A stretch of DNA of 59,287 bases, taken from contig JAAYTY010000101.1 in the NCBI GenBank assembly GCA_012523605.1, forward strand, positions 1 through 59,287. Direction: 5' to 3'. A program made the position numbers and the translations under genes. Each line of letters opens with the position of its first letter. Position 1 is the stretch's first letter. Source of the stretch: Candidatus Fermentibacterota bacterium (GTDB taxonomy: Bacteria; Fermentibacterota; Fermentibacteria; Fermentibacterales; Fermentibacteraceae). Positions 46,974-55,477 of the stretch are shown one piece after another. The notes beneath the pieces are model-generated. The model was not told the DNA's origin, did no database searches, and was given only the letters and a program-made list of their open reading frames with translations.

Positions 46974-48754
46974 CGGGCAACCTCCGTGGTGGCGGCAGCC
47001 ATGGATGTGAGCCGATCGATCTCGGAACGGACCGACTCGATGGTCCTCGCGAAATAGGAGTGATCGCCCTCCGGGGCGTAGCGGGCTCTTGCCACCGCCT
47101 CCCTCGAGCGGATCGAGAACAGGTCGCGCGGTGCGACTCCCGCCTCCAGAGCCGAGGCCATCATGTCGTGTATCTCCATTATCATCCCCAGAAGATCCTT
47201 CTGCTTCTCCAGCGAGCAGTAGGTGTCGACCTCGTGGAAGGCGTTCTGATGGAGGAAGTCCTCCCTGATCGAGCGCGCGGTGTAGAGCGTGAGCTGACCC
47301 TCCGGCGAGAGGGACTCCGCTCCGACCAGCCTGGCTATCTCCTGGAGGTTCGCCTCCTCCTGCAGCAGTGCGATCGCTCTGTCCCTGACGACGGCCCACC
47401 CGGATCCCAGCCTGGCGTCGTAGAAGTCGGCGAGGTTGATCGTGTAAAGCGAGTAGCTCTCCAGCCAGCCGATGGCGGGGAAGTGCCTCATGTAGGCGAG
47501 CCTGGCCTGAAGGCTCCAGAAAACCTTGACGACGCGCAGGGTTGCCTGGACTACTGGGTCGGACAGGTCGCCGCCCGCGGGGCTTACAGCACCGACGACC
47601 GTGAGAGTTCCTGTGCGGTCCGGCGAGCCGATGCAGGACACCCTGCCGGCGCGTTCATAGAACTCGGCGATCCTGGTGCCGAGATACGCGGGATACCCCT
47701 CCTCTCCGGGCATCTCTTCGAGTCTTCCCGACATCTCGCGCATGGCCTCGGCCCAGCGGGACGTGGAGTCGGCCATCAGCGCCACGGAGTAGCCCATGTC
47801 CCGGAAGTACTCAGCGATGGTTATGCCCGTGTAGACGCTGGCCTCCCTTGCCGCGACGGGCATGTTGCTGGTGTTGGCGACCAGGACCGTCCTGAGGATG
47901 AGCGGCTTGCCAGTGCGCGGATCCTCGAGCTCGGGGAACTCGATCAGGACATCCGTCATCTCGTTGCCGCGCTCGCCGCAGCCGACGTAGACGACTATCT
48001 CCGCGTCGGCCCACTTGGCGAGCTGATGCTGTATCACCGTCTTCCCGCTGCCGAACGGGCCGGGGACACAGGCCGTCCCTCCCTTGCCCACGGGGAAGAA
48101 GGCGTCCACCACCCGCTGGCCGGTCGTCAGGGGCTCGACCGGAGCCATCTTTTCCCTGCAGGGCCTGGGCTTCCTGACGGGCCAGCGCTGGCACATGGTG
48201 ACGGACAGGGTCTTTCCGCCGGACTCGACCTTCGCGATCTCGTCGTCGATGGTGTAATCCCCCGCCGGCGCGATCCAGGCGAGCCTGCCGGAAACGTCGG
48301 GGGGGGCCATGACCCGGTGCTCGATGGTTTCCGTCTCGGGTACGGTTCCGAGGATCGCGCCCCCCTCGATCGCGGCACCGGCCTCCGCGGTAGGAGTGAA
48401 GGCCCATTTCCTGGAATGGTCCAGCCCCGGGAGGTTGATCCCTCTCGTTATCCAGTCTCCCGCCTTCTCCCTTACCTTGTCGAGAGGCCTCTGTATGCCG
48501 TCGTAGATCGACCCGAGGAGCCCCGGCCCGAGCTCGACCGAGAGGGGCTCGCCCGTCGAGTAGACCGGGTCGCCCGGTCCGAGCCCGCCTGTCTCCTCAT
48601 AGACCTGGATGGAGGCCCTGTCCCCCTTGAGCTCGATGATCTCGCCGATCAGCCGGTAGTCGGAGACATATACCACGTCGTACATGCGGGCATCGGGCAT
48701 GCCCGTGGCCACGACGAGCGGGCCTGCGACCTTCTGGATCCTACCCTGTGCCAT
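46970..48754 (-). CDS. atpA: V/A-type ATP synthase catalytic subunit A
   Basis: 594 aa with Walker [10 protein letters not shown], plus [43 protein letters not shown] and the non-homologous insert region. Confidence 0.95.
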   Translation of the reverse strand: MAQGRIQKVAGPLVVATGMPDARMYDVVYVSDYRLIGEIIELKGDRASIQVYEETGGLGPGDPVYSTGEPLSVELGPGLLGSIYDGIQRPLDKVREKAGDWITRGINLPGLDHSRKWAFTPTAEAGAAIEGGAILGTVPETETIEHRVMAPPDVSGRLAWIAPAGDYTIDDEIAKVESGGKTLSVTMCQRWPVRKPRPCREKMAPVEPLTTGQRVVDAFFPVGKGGTACVPGPFGSGKTVIQHQLAKWADAEIVVYVGCGERGNEMTDVLIEFPELEDPRTGKPLILRTVLVANTSNMPVAAREASVYTGITIAEYFRDMGYSVALMADSTSRWAEAMREMSGRLEEMPGEEGYPAYLGTRIAEFYERAGRVSCIGSPDRTGTLTVVGAVSPAGGDLSDPVVQATLRVVKVFWSLQARLAYMRHFPAIGWLESYSLYTINLADFYDARLGSGWAVVRDRAIALLQEEANLQEIARLVGAESLSPEGQLTLYTARSIREDFLHQNAFHEVDTYCSLEKQKDLLGMIMEIHDMMASALEAGVAPRDLFSIRSREAVARARYAPEGDHSYFARTIESVRSEIDRLTSMAAATTEVAR

Positions 48755-48784
48755 GCGATGAAGTCCTCCGCCCGGTTGACGAGG

Positions 48785-49114
48785 TCAACGGTCATCCGCC
48801 ATGAGATCTACTCCCACGGCTCGTGTTATCTGTCCGCGAATGGTCTCTCCGCCGCGCCCCTTCGAACCCCTCACGCCGGGAAGAACGACCACCGCCGGAA
48901 CGGGCTTCCCGGCGGCGAGGTCTATCTCCTCCCTGAGCACGTCCAGGTAGTCCTCGGTCACCACTATCACGCTCGCCCCGCTCGATGCGAGCGCTCTGAA
49001 GGCCTGGACCGCCTGTTCGGGGCCTGCGGGCACCTCGGCTCGCACGCCGAGGGCCCGGAAGCCGAGCACGGAGTCGGCGTCGCCTATGAATGCAATCGAG
49101 GACCCTTCCGTCAT
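48785..49114 (-). CDS. atpF: V/A-type ATP synthase subunit F
   Basis: 109 aa: IAFIGDADSVLGFRALGV...VIVVTEDY. Positioned between subunits C and A. Confidence 0.85.
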   Translation of the reverse strand: MTEGSSIAFIGDADSVLGFRALGVRAEVPAGPEQAVQAFRALASSGASVIVVTEDYLDVLREEIDLAAGKPVPAVVVLPGVRGSKGRGGETIRGQITRAVGVDLMADDR

Positions 49115-49120
49115 TCCGCC

Positions 49121-50092
49121 CTACCCCCTCGGCAGGCGCTTGTGGAGCATGCTTCTGCTCATGCCTGCTGCGCGCGATGCGAACAGTATGCGGAGATGGG
49201 CGATCTCCATCTCACGCTTCAGGACGAACGCGGCGAGGGGAGCCGGGCCGAATACGGCGAACGAGCCCGTTTCGAGCATCTCCAGGAGAGTCCTCTCGGC
49301 CTCCCTCTGATACTCGAGGAACGATCCGCCTGAAAGCGCCTCCCTCAGCACCCCGCCGAGGTGCTCCATGCCTGGAGTCTCCGCAGCGGTCTGGGGAAGC
49401 TGGCCGGCCATGGCAGCTCTGGCCAGATCTCCCGGCTCCCTGCTCCCTCCCGGGAGAAGCATGGCCTCGATCGCCGGCAGATCCATGCCCGCCAGCCGGC
49501 ATCTGCCCGCCACCTGGAAGTTCAGGATGTCCATCCTGGTCCTCGCGTACGCCTCCAGGCCGGGGTCCATGCCGGGGAGTTCCTCCATCTCGACCGCGGC
49601 GGCGAGCCTGTCCATGACCATGTCCACGGCTGAAACCCCCGACCGGGCGGCATCTCTCATCTCGGAGAGCGCCTCGGCGAACAGGGGTGGCAGGGCCGGC
49701 TCCTCGCCGGGTTCGGCCGCCGCGGCGGCGGACAGGACCTCGATGGGAATGAGGCCGGGCCGCTCGACCTCGGGGTCGGCTGTTCCGCCCAGCAGGGCGG
49801 CCTTCCAGATATACCGGGCGTTCCGCGCGTCCCTCCTGTGCAGGAGCCCCCTTACAAGGGCCGGATCCTCCGAGAGTTCAGTCAGCTCCTGCTCGGTGGC
49901 CACCATGGCCTGTTCCAGACAGCCTTCGATGTCGCCCCTCGACAGGAAGCGGCCATACCAGGTGTCCGCCAGGAGCCGCTCAGTTTCTTCGAGATCCCGG
50001 GCCGACAGGAGCATCTGCCAGGACCTCGGCTGTATGAAATCGCGCTCCAGCGCCGCGATCCTTCCGTTGGCGAAGAGGAACAGGCTGCGCAT
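49121..50092 (-). CDS. atpC: V/A-type ATP synthase subunit C (d-type)
   Basis: 323 codons from the ATG at 50090-50092 within ORF 49121..50884. Helical protein with a C-terminal region ...FGPAPLAAFVLKREMEIAHLRILF. ATGA overlap with the subunit E stop. Confidence 0.85.
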   Translation of the reverse strand: MRSLFLFANGRIAALERDFIQPRSWQMLLSARDLEETERLLADTWYGRFLSRGDIEGCLEQAMVATEQELTELSEDPALVRGLLHRRDARNARYIWKAALLGGTADPEVERPGLIPIEVLSAAAAAEPGEEPALPPLFAEALSEMRDAARSGVSAVDMVMDRLAAAVEMEELPGMDPGLEAYARTRMDILNFQVAGRCRLAGMDLPAIEAMLLPGGSREPGDLARAAMAGQLPQTAAETPGMEHLGGVLREALSGGSFLEYQREAERTLLEMLETGSFAVFGPAPLAAFVLKREMEIAHLRILFASRAAGMSRSMLHKRLPRG

Positions 50093-50676
50093 CAGCCCCT
50101 CTCCGGAAGCAGGGCCGCGAGATCCATCACCAGGGACTCGTGCGCCAGCGAGGCAGCCGTCGAGAATGTCGCATTGAGGCTTATCCTGCCGGAGCGCAGT
50201 ATGACGCCGCCCCTTCCGCCGTGCCTCTCGGAGGACAGGACGAACCGCCGCTCCATGTCGGATCTGGCGTCGAGAAACTTCTGTGTCAGCCTGTCCTCGT
50301 CGGCCGGGGAGATCAGCACCTCGATGGTCCCCTCCATTCCGCAGTTCCCGAGTATCGAGCCGATGAGCTGGCCGTATTCCGCGTCGGGAAGCGAGGCAAG
50401 CCGCTCCACCGCCCGGTCGATGGCGGCGTCTATGACTGCGCGGGAGGCGTTCTCCACCTCCAGATCGAAGCCGCGGGAGGCATGGTAGCCCAGGCGCGCC
50501 TCGAGATCGGCCATCTCCGCATCGAGCCTCCTCGAGTCCCGTTCGTACTCGGCGGCGAGCCTGGCGCGGGCCGCCGCCTTCGCGGCCTCCAGGTCCGCCG
50601 CCGCGGCCTCGCGTATCGCGCGGGCCTCGGTCGCGGCATCCTCCTCTATCTTCGCCCGGATCGCCTCGAGAGACAT
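50092..50676 (-). CDS. atpE: V/A-type ATP synthase subunit E
   Basis: 194 aa with a long N-terminal Ala/Glu/Arg helix and a globular C-terminal domain. Canonical position in the operon. Confidence 0.85.
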   Translation of the reverse strand: MSLEAIRAKIEEDAATEARAIREAAAADLEAAKAAARARLAAEYERDSRRLDAEMADLEARLGYHASRGFDLEVENASRAVIDAAIDRAVERLASLPDAEYGQLIGSILGNCGMEGTIEVLISPADEDRLTQKFLDARSDMERRFVLSSERHGGRGGVILRSGRISLNATFSTAASLAHESLVMDLAALLPERG

Positions 50677-50685
50677 CCCCGGTCC

Positions 50686-51132
50686 CTACGGGAGCATGAG
50701 GAACGAGACAAGGAAGCCGAGGATGGCGTAGAACTCGACGAAGACCGCCAGGATGAGGCCCTTGGCCGCATCGGCGGGCTGCTTGGCCGCCAGGGCGACT
50801 CCGGAGACTCCCACTCTGGCCTGGTGTATGGCGGACAAGAGGCCTGCAAAGGCCACCGGCACTCCGGCCATGAGGGCTTTCCATGCGAAGGCCGGGTCCG
50901 CATTCAGATCCGCACCCTGTATGCGGCCCAGCAGGAGGAACGCGATGACGAAGCCGTAGATGCCCTGCGTCCCTGGAAGGGCGACGAGGAGCAGGAGCTT
51001 TCCGAACTTCTTCGGGTCGACGCTGAGCACGCCGGCGGCGGCCCTTCCGACGAGGCCTACGCCGACCGCCGAGCCGATCCCCGCCAGCGCGGCGGCGAGC
51101 GCGACTCCCGTGTACGCGATGAGATGGTTCAC
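50686..51132 (-). CDS. atpK: V/A-type ATP synthase proteolipid subunit K (four-helix, duplicated c)
   Basis: 148 codons from the GTG at 51130-51132 (GTGA overlap with the subunit I stop). Contains ...LLLVALPGTQGIYGFVIAFLL...LLSAIHQARVG...ILAVFVEFYAILGFLVSFL. Confidence 0.9.
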   Translation of the reverse strand: MNHLIAYTGVALAAALAGIGSAVGVGLVGRAAAGVLSVDPKKFGKLLLLVALPGTQGIYGFVIAFLLLGRIQGADLNADPAFAWKALMAGVPVAFAGLLSAIHQARVGVSGVALAAKQPADAAKGLILAVFVEFYAILGFLVSFLMLP

Positions 51133-53150
51133 GAAGTCTCTCCCTTCGGGGTTTTCCGTCGGACGACTCTGACGAACTGCGGATCGTACCTGAACGGGAC
51201 GAACGGACTGCCCGTCCCCTCGTAGAACTTGCCGAAGAACTCCACGAACTGGAGCCTTGCCGTATGTATGTACCCTCCGAGAAGGCTCATGAGAATGTTG
51301 AAGAGGTGGCCGAGCACGATCACGTGAATGCTGATGAAAAGACCTACCACCGGGATGTCGGTACCAGGGAGCATCGTCGCGATCTGGTTCACGACGCTCG
51401 CGATTATCCCGCCGGAGAGCGAGAGCGCGAACAGCCGGGAATACGACAGAGCGTCCGCGAGCAGATTCACGATGCCGTACGCCGCCATGGCGCCGAGGCC
51501 GAACCTGCCGAAGCCCCTGGCCTCCCTTCCTCCCATCACGAAGATCAGAACGGCCCCTGCGAGGAGCAGAAGGAGGAAGATCCCGTCCAGAGGGCCCTTC
51601 GTGTCGTAGAGGACCCCGCCGAGCAGATAATGGTTGAAGAGCCATGGAAAGAGCCCGACGAGGGACAGGACCCAGCCGCCCTGCTCCAGAATCGCCGTCA
51701 GCCTCTCGCCGGCCCTCCACCTCTTGTCGAAGTTCACGACGATCCCCGTGAGAAGCTGGACTATGCCCAGGGCCATCGTGGTGTAGAGGAACTGCCTGGA
51801 AAGTGCGAAGGGCCCTCCGCCGGGGACCAGCGAGTCGAGCGGACGCGAGAGGCCCAGGAGGAAGGAGGGGAGACGGGAGCGGTCCATTCCGAACCATCCC
51901 CCGAGGAGGGAGCCGACAAGGATCGCCGCCAGCCCGCCATGGAAGATCATCTCGAGCAGACGGTTCCTCCCGCCCTTCCTCGCAGCGATCCTGCCTGCGA
52001 TCCAGGCCGCCAGCGCCACGACGATCCCGTAGCCGGCGTCGCCGATGCAGATGCCGAAGAAGAAGGCGTAGAACGGAGCCATCAGCGGGGTGGGATCGGG
52101 ATCCCCCGGTGCCGGACGCCCGAACATGTCCGTCAGCATGAGATAAGGATTTACCAGCGGGCTTTCCGTCAGCGCGGCCGGAGGTATCTCACCCTCCGCA
52201 GGAGCGGTCTTCTCGAGGTGGACGGCGCCGGCCCCGGACAGGATTTCCGCCACGTGCTCCAGATCCCGGTCACGCACCCAGCACTCGATCACGAAGAGCC
52301 TGTCGCTCTCCAGCCCCGATCCGGCTCCGATCGACCGCTCGAGAATCAGTCCTGCGGCGTCGCGCAGGGCCTCCAGCCGGGGCAGGTCTCGGGCAAGCGA
52401 GACGGCTTCCTTCTCGAGCCTGGCGTGTCTTATCTCCAGCGCCTTGAGCCGCAGTCCGACGCTTCGCAGAAGCTCGGCGGGGGTGCCTCTCCTCGCACCG
52501 AACTCCTGAACTGAGAAGCCGCATTCCGACAGGGCCTGCCTCGCCTCCTCCTGTATGGATGTGTGCCATGCCGCGAGAAGCCTGAGGACGTCGGCGGGCC
52601 CCTCGAGAACCTGGACGGACAGCAGGGGCAGTCTCGCCTCCGCCGCCTTCAGGTCATCGAGAGCGTCGAGCGGAGCGGTGCCGGCGCACGCGGTGACGCA
52701 GCCGAATGTGCCGAGTTCCTCGAATCTGACGGGAAGTCCCCTCCAGGACTCTAGGAATGAAGCCTCCGCGGCGAGTTCGCGGGCTTCGCCCTGCCTCTCG
52801 GACATCACCATTGCGACTCTCCAGGCCCGGCCGGCTTTCCATACCAGGTCCCCGTCCGAGGCGAGGGCTTCCAGGCCCGGAAGATCGTATCCATGGGGCA
52901 CCCGGGCGAGCTTCGCGCCGAGACCGGGCTTCACGGCGTAGTCCCTCAGGAAGGAGATCACGCCGTCGAGATCCTCGATGCTCTCGGAAAGCCTCGTGGT
53001 GTCGGCCGCGACGGGACGCAGCCAGTCCTCGAGTCCCGATGGGGGGCCGGCCAGATGGACACTGCCGGAAGCCTCGAGCAGGGACAGGATGCGGTCCCTG
53101 TCGGAGGAATGGGTCACGATCCTGATCTTGGAGACAGGATCGAGGGCCAT
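51129..53150 (-). CDS. atpI: V/A-type ATP synthase subunit I (a-type stator)
   Basis: 673 aa with a cytoplasmic N-terminal half and a C-terminal membrane domain ending ...SYSRLFALSLSGGIIA...YIHTARLQFVEFFGKFY. Confidence 0.9.
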   Translation of the reverse strand: MALDPVSKIRIVTHSSDRDRILSLLEASGSVHLAGPPSGLEDWLRPVAADTTRLSESIEDLDGVISFLRDYAVKPGLGAKLARVPHGYDLPGLEALASDGDLVWKAGRAWRVAMVMSERQGEARELAAEASFLESWRGLPVRFEELGTFGCVTACAGTAPLDALDDLKAAEARLPLLSVQVLEGPADVLRLLAAWHTSIQEEARQALSECGFSVQEFGARRGTPAELLRSVGLRLKALEIRHARLEKEAVSLARDLPRLEALRDAAGLILERSIGAGSGLESDRLFVIECWVRDRDLEHVAEILSGAGAVHLEKTAPAEGEIPPAALTESPLVNPYLMLTDMFGRPAPGDPDPTPLMAPFYAFFFGICIGDAGYGIVVALAAWIAGRIAARKGGRNRLLEMIFHGGLAAILVGSLLGGWFGMDRSRLPSFLLGLSRPLDSLVPGGGPFALSRQFLYTTMALGIVQLLTGIVVNFDKRWRAGERLTAILEQGGWVLSLVGLFPWLFNHYLLGGVLYDTKGPLDGIFLLLLLAGAVLIFVMGGREARGFGRFGLGAMAAYGIVNLLADALSYSRLFALSLSGGIIASVVNQIATMLPGTDIPVVGLFISIHVIVLGHLFNILMSLLGGYIHTARLQFVEFFGKFYEGTGSPFVPFRYDPQFVRVVRRKTPKGETS

Positions 53151-53491
53151 CAGACCTCTCTCCCGGAGGCTATGCTCCCGCGGAGGATCTCGAAGGCGCG
53201 CCTCTCGAGGGCGGGCAGAGCATCCTGGAGAGCCCTTATCTCAGCGGCAGTCCGTTCGCGGAGAGCCGCCTCGGCCTCCGCCACCGACCTGCGGACTCTC
53301 TCCTCCGCAGAAGCCCTCTTTCGTTCGAGATGACGTCTCTTCTCCTCCTCGAGAGCCCTGATCTCCCGCGGAATCGAAGCCCGGATGCCTGCGGCATCCT
53401 GCCGGGCCTTCTCAACTTCGAGTCGGGCGCGCTGTTCTGCCTCCCTCAGCGATTCGAGGCTTCCTGCCACTGCCACCCAGCCTTTCGTCAA
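53150..53491 (-). CDS. Coiled-coil protein, probable V/A-type ATP synthase subunit G/H (peripheral stalk)
   Basis: About 110 aa, Ala/Glu/Arg-rich helix. ATGA overlap with the subunit I start. First gene of the operon. The start is uncertain: TTG at 53491 has no SD, and in-frame GTGs at 53476 and 53470 follow GAAAGG. Confidence 0.6.
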   Translation of the reverse strand: MTKGWVAVAGSLESLREAEQRARLEVEKARQDAAGIRASIPREIRALEEEKRRHLERKRASAEERVRRSVAEAEAALRERTAAEIRALQDALPALERRAFEILRGSIASGREV

Positions 53492-53571
53492 TGCCAGTCC
53501 GCGAAGCGTATGCAGTTGTGGAAATCACCTTCGAAACGGCTTTATATTTCTATTAGAATCTGTTGCTGTGC

Positions 53572-53587
53572 AACAAGATATCTTGTT
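53572..53587. promoter_or_regulatory. Perfect 16-bp palindrome AACAAGATATCTTGTT (candidate operator)
   Basis: Read directly at 53572-53587. It overlaps a second inverted repeat, tgttgc-tgt-gcaaca (53561-53575). Lies in the intergenic region upstream of the ATPase operon. Confidence 0.5.
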
Positions 53588-53623
53588 TTCCACGGGAGTG
53601 CCATGTTATCCACAGTTTCCACA
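53586..53623 (+). promoter_or_regulatory. Cluster of DnaA-box-like 9-mers (one perfect TTATCCACA)
   Basis: TTTTCCACG at 53586-53594 (7/9), TTATCCACA at 53606-53614 (9/9) and GTTTCCACA at 53615-53623 (7/9), all in the same orientation. An inverted TGTGGAAAT sits at 53517-53525 (7/9). Confidence 0.4.
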
Positions 53624-53986
53624 TCAGATCTCCCGCTCGCCCTCCGGCCGCATCCTGCAATTCCCCTCGAAGAAGACCCCCTCCTCCACTATCAGCGACC
53701 GAGTGAACACGTCCCCCTCCATGCGGCATCCGCTCTGCAGCTCGAGCTGTCTGTCGGCCCGAACGGTTCCGATAACGGTCCCCCCTATGATGGCCTGCGC
53801 CGCCGTGACGTCCCCCCGGATGAGTCCGTCGTGACCCACGGTCAGCGTACCGCTGACGTCCACCTGACCCTCCACCGCCCCGTCCACACGAAGACCGCCC
53901 TCCGTCTTCAGGGTTCCCGTGAAGGAGCTTCCCGCACCTACGATGGAATTCATCGAGGATGCCCTGGGGGAATCTTCCTTGCCCAT
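53624..53986 (-). CDS. Bactofilin (DUF583 polymer-forming cytoskeletal protein)
   Basis: 120 aa with beta-helical repeats: FTGTLKTEGGLRVDGAVEGQVDVSGTLTVGHDGLIRGDVTAAQAIIGGTVIGTV...EGDVFTRSLIVEEGVFFEGNCRM. Confidence 0.9.
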   Translation of the reverse strand: MGKEDSPRASSMNSIVGAGSSFTGTLKTEGGLRVDGAVEGQVDVSGTLTVGHDGLIRGDVTAAQAIIGGTVIGTVRADRQLELQSGCRMEGDVFTRSLIVEEGVFFEGNCRMRPEGEREI

Positions 53987-53997
53987 TCATCCTCCCT

Positions 53998-54345
53998 TCA
54001 GAGAGTGTCGCCCGGCAGGGGGCCTGCGAATCCGGCTATGCGCTCGAGCCTTTCCCTCGCCTCGCACAGCTCGGCGAGCCTGACTTCCAGGGAGTCCATT
54101 CTCCGCTCCAGGTCAGTCATCGTTTCCAGGCTGTCCTCCAGCTCCGCGATGCGGGCTGCGCTCTTCGAGGCGAATGGAACGAAGGGAGATCCCGCGAACG
54201 ACATCACAACCCCTGCTACAGACAGAGCGAGGAGAACGGCTGCCCCCGCCCACAGGAGGACAAGCCCGCCCCCGCCGACCTCGTAGTGCCTGGCCGGCCG
54301 GCCGTTTCTAGGGGCGACGGTGACCGAGAATCCCCTGCCGGGCAT
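53998..54345 (-). CDS. Small TM + coiled-coil protein resembling the N-terminal anchor of bactofilin-associated M23 peptidases, without a peptidase domain
   Basis: 115 aa: FSVTVAPRNGRPARHYEV, a TM helix (LVLLWAGAAVLLALSVAGVV), then coiled coil (ARIAELEDSLETMTDLERRMDSLEVRLAEL). The stop lies inside the bactofilin SD region. Confidence 0.55.
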   Translation of the reverse strand: MPGRGFSVTVAPRNGRPARHYEVGGGGLVLLWAGAAVLLALSVAGVVMSFAGSPFVPFASKSAARIAELEDSLETMTDLERRMDSLEVRLAELCEARERLERIAGFAGPLPGDTL

Positions 54346-54426
54346 CAGAACCGTCCTGTCCGCAAGAAGAGACCGGCTCGCATTTCACTGCCGTGACAAT
54401 CCGGACTGCGCCGGTCGCCGCGCGCG

Positions 54427-54456
54427 ATGATATTCCCGCGCAAGATGTCTCGTCAA
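54427..54456 (-). promoter_or_regulatory. Candidate sigma70-type promoter for the anchor-bactofilin pair
   Basis: Minus strand reads TTGACG (54456-54451), an 18-nt spacer, then TATCAT (54432-54427). Confidence 0.35.
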
Positions 54457-54471
54457 CGCAGGCCGGCCTCT

Positions 54472-55458
54472 TCAGACGCATTCGAGCAGTCGCCTTATTT
54501 CGGCTTCCTCCATCCCGGCACCCAGACAAGCCATAAGTAGAAGCCGCAGCTTGTGTCCCTGGAGGTCGGCGGCGAATACGGCCCCGCGCCTCTCGAGATC
54601 GGCTCCGCCTCCGGGATAGCCGTACAGCCCCATCACCCTGCCCATGAAGCATCTCGTAGTAACGGCCACCGTCACTCCCGAATCCACGGCCTCGGAGACA
54701 GCCTCGGCGACGTCCGGAGGGACGTTGCCCCTCCCTAACGCTTCCAGGACCACGGCCCTGTCTCCGGAATCGACGCAGAACCTTATCTCCCGCGCCCCGA
54801 GCCCCGCTGCGACCCTGACCAGACCCACCCGCTCGTCCAGCACCAGCCCGCCTGCCGGGAGACGAAGTCTCCGGAGAGGGGCCTGAGCGAAGATAGCCTT
54901 GTCGCCGTCTATGAATCCGAGGGGTCCGTAACCGGGCGAGGCGAAGCTGCTGACGTTGCTCGTATATGTTTTCGTAACGCGTGAAGCGCAGTGTATTTCG
55001 TCGTTCAGAACCACCACAACTCCGAAGTCATGAAATTCGTCGCTGGCCGCCGTGAGCACGGCGCCCCTGACATTGCGAGGACCGTCCACTCCAAGCTCCG
55101 CGTTGCTGCGCATCGCCGCGGTGAAGGCTACGGGGATTCCGCCTCTGAGATGGATGTCCGCCAGGTACGCGCTCTCCTCCAGGGTGTCGGTGCCGTGGGT
55201 CACCACGACTCCGTCCCATTCCCCGGACGTCTCCATCATGGCGAGTTCCCGGGCCAGATCGGCCATCCGGGCCGGAGTCATGTGCGGGCTGGGAAGGGAG
55301 AACAGCCTTCTGTGGCAGAGCTCGATGCCCGGCGGGATCATGGCCGTGTCTGCATCGATCGCTGCATCACCCGTTATCGCGAATCCCCCCGGCCCCGGGG
55401 ACATCTCTATGGTCCCGCCGGTGGAAACGAGAAGGATGCGGCGCAAGGTCCTCTTCAC
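54472..55458 (-). CDS. ansA: L-asparaginase, type I (cytoplasmic) family
   Basis: LLVSTGGTIEM (Thr nucleophile motif) and VVTHGTDTLEESAYL. 328 aa. Confidence 0.88.
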   Translation of the reverse strand: MKRTLRRILLVSTGGTIEMSPGPGGFAITGDAAIDADTAMIPPGIELCHRRLFSLPSPHMTPARMADLARELAMMETSGEWDGVVVTHGTDTLEESAYLADIHLRGGIPVAFTAAMRSNAELGVDGPRNVRGAVLTAASDEFHDFGVVVVLNDEIHCASRVTKTYTSNVSSFASPGYGPLGFIDGDKAIFAQAPLRRLRLPAGGLVLDERVGLVRVAAGLGAREIRFCVDSGDRAVVLEALGRGNVPPDVAEAVSEAVDSGVTVAVTTRCFMGRVMGLYGYPGGGADLERRGAVFAADLQGHKLRLLLMACLGAGMEEAEIRRLLECV

Positions 55459-55477
55459 AGGGGCTTCCGGCAGGAGA

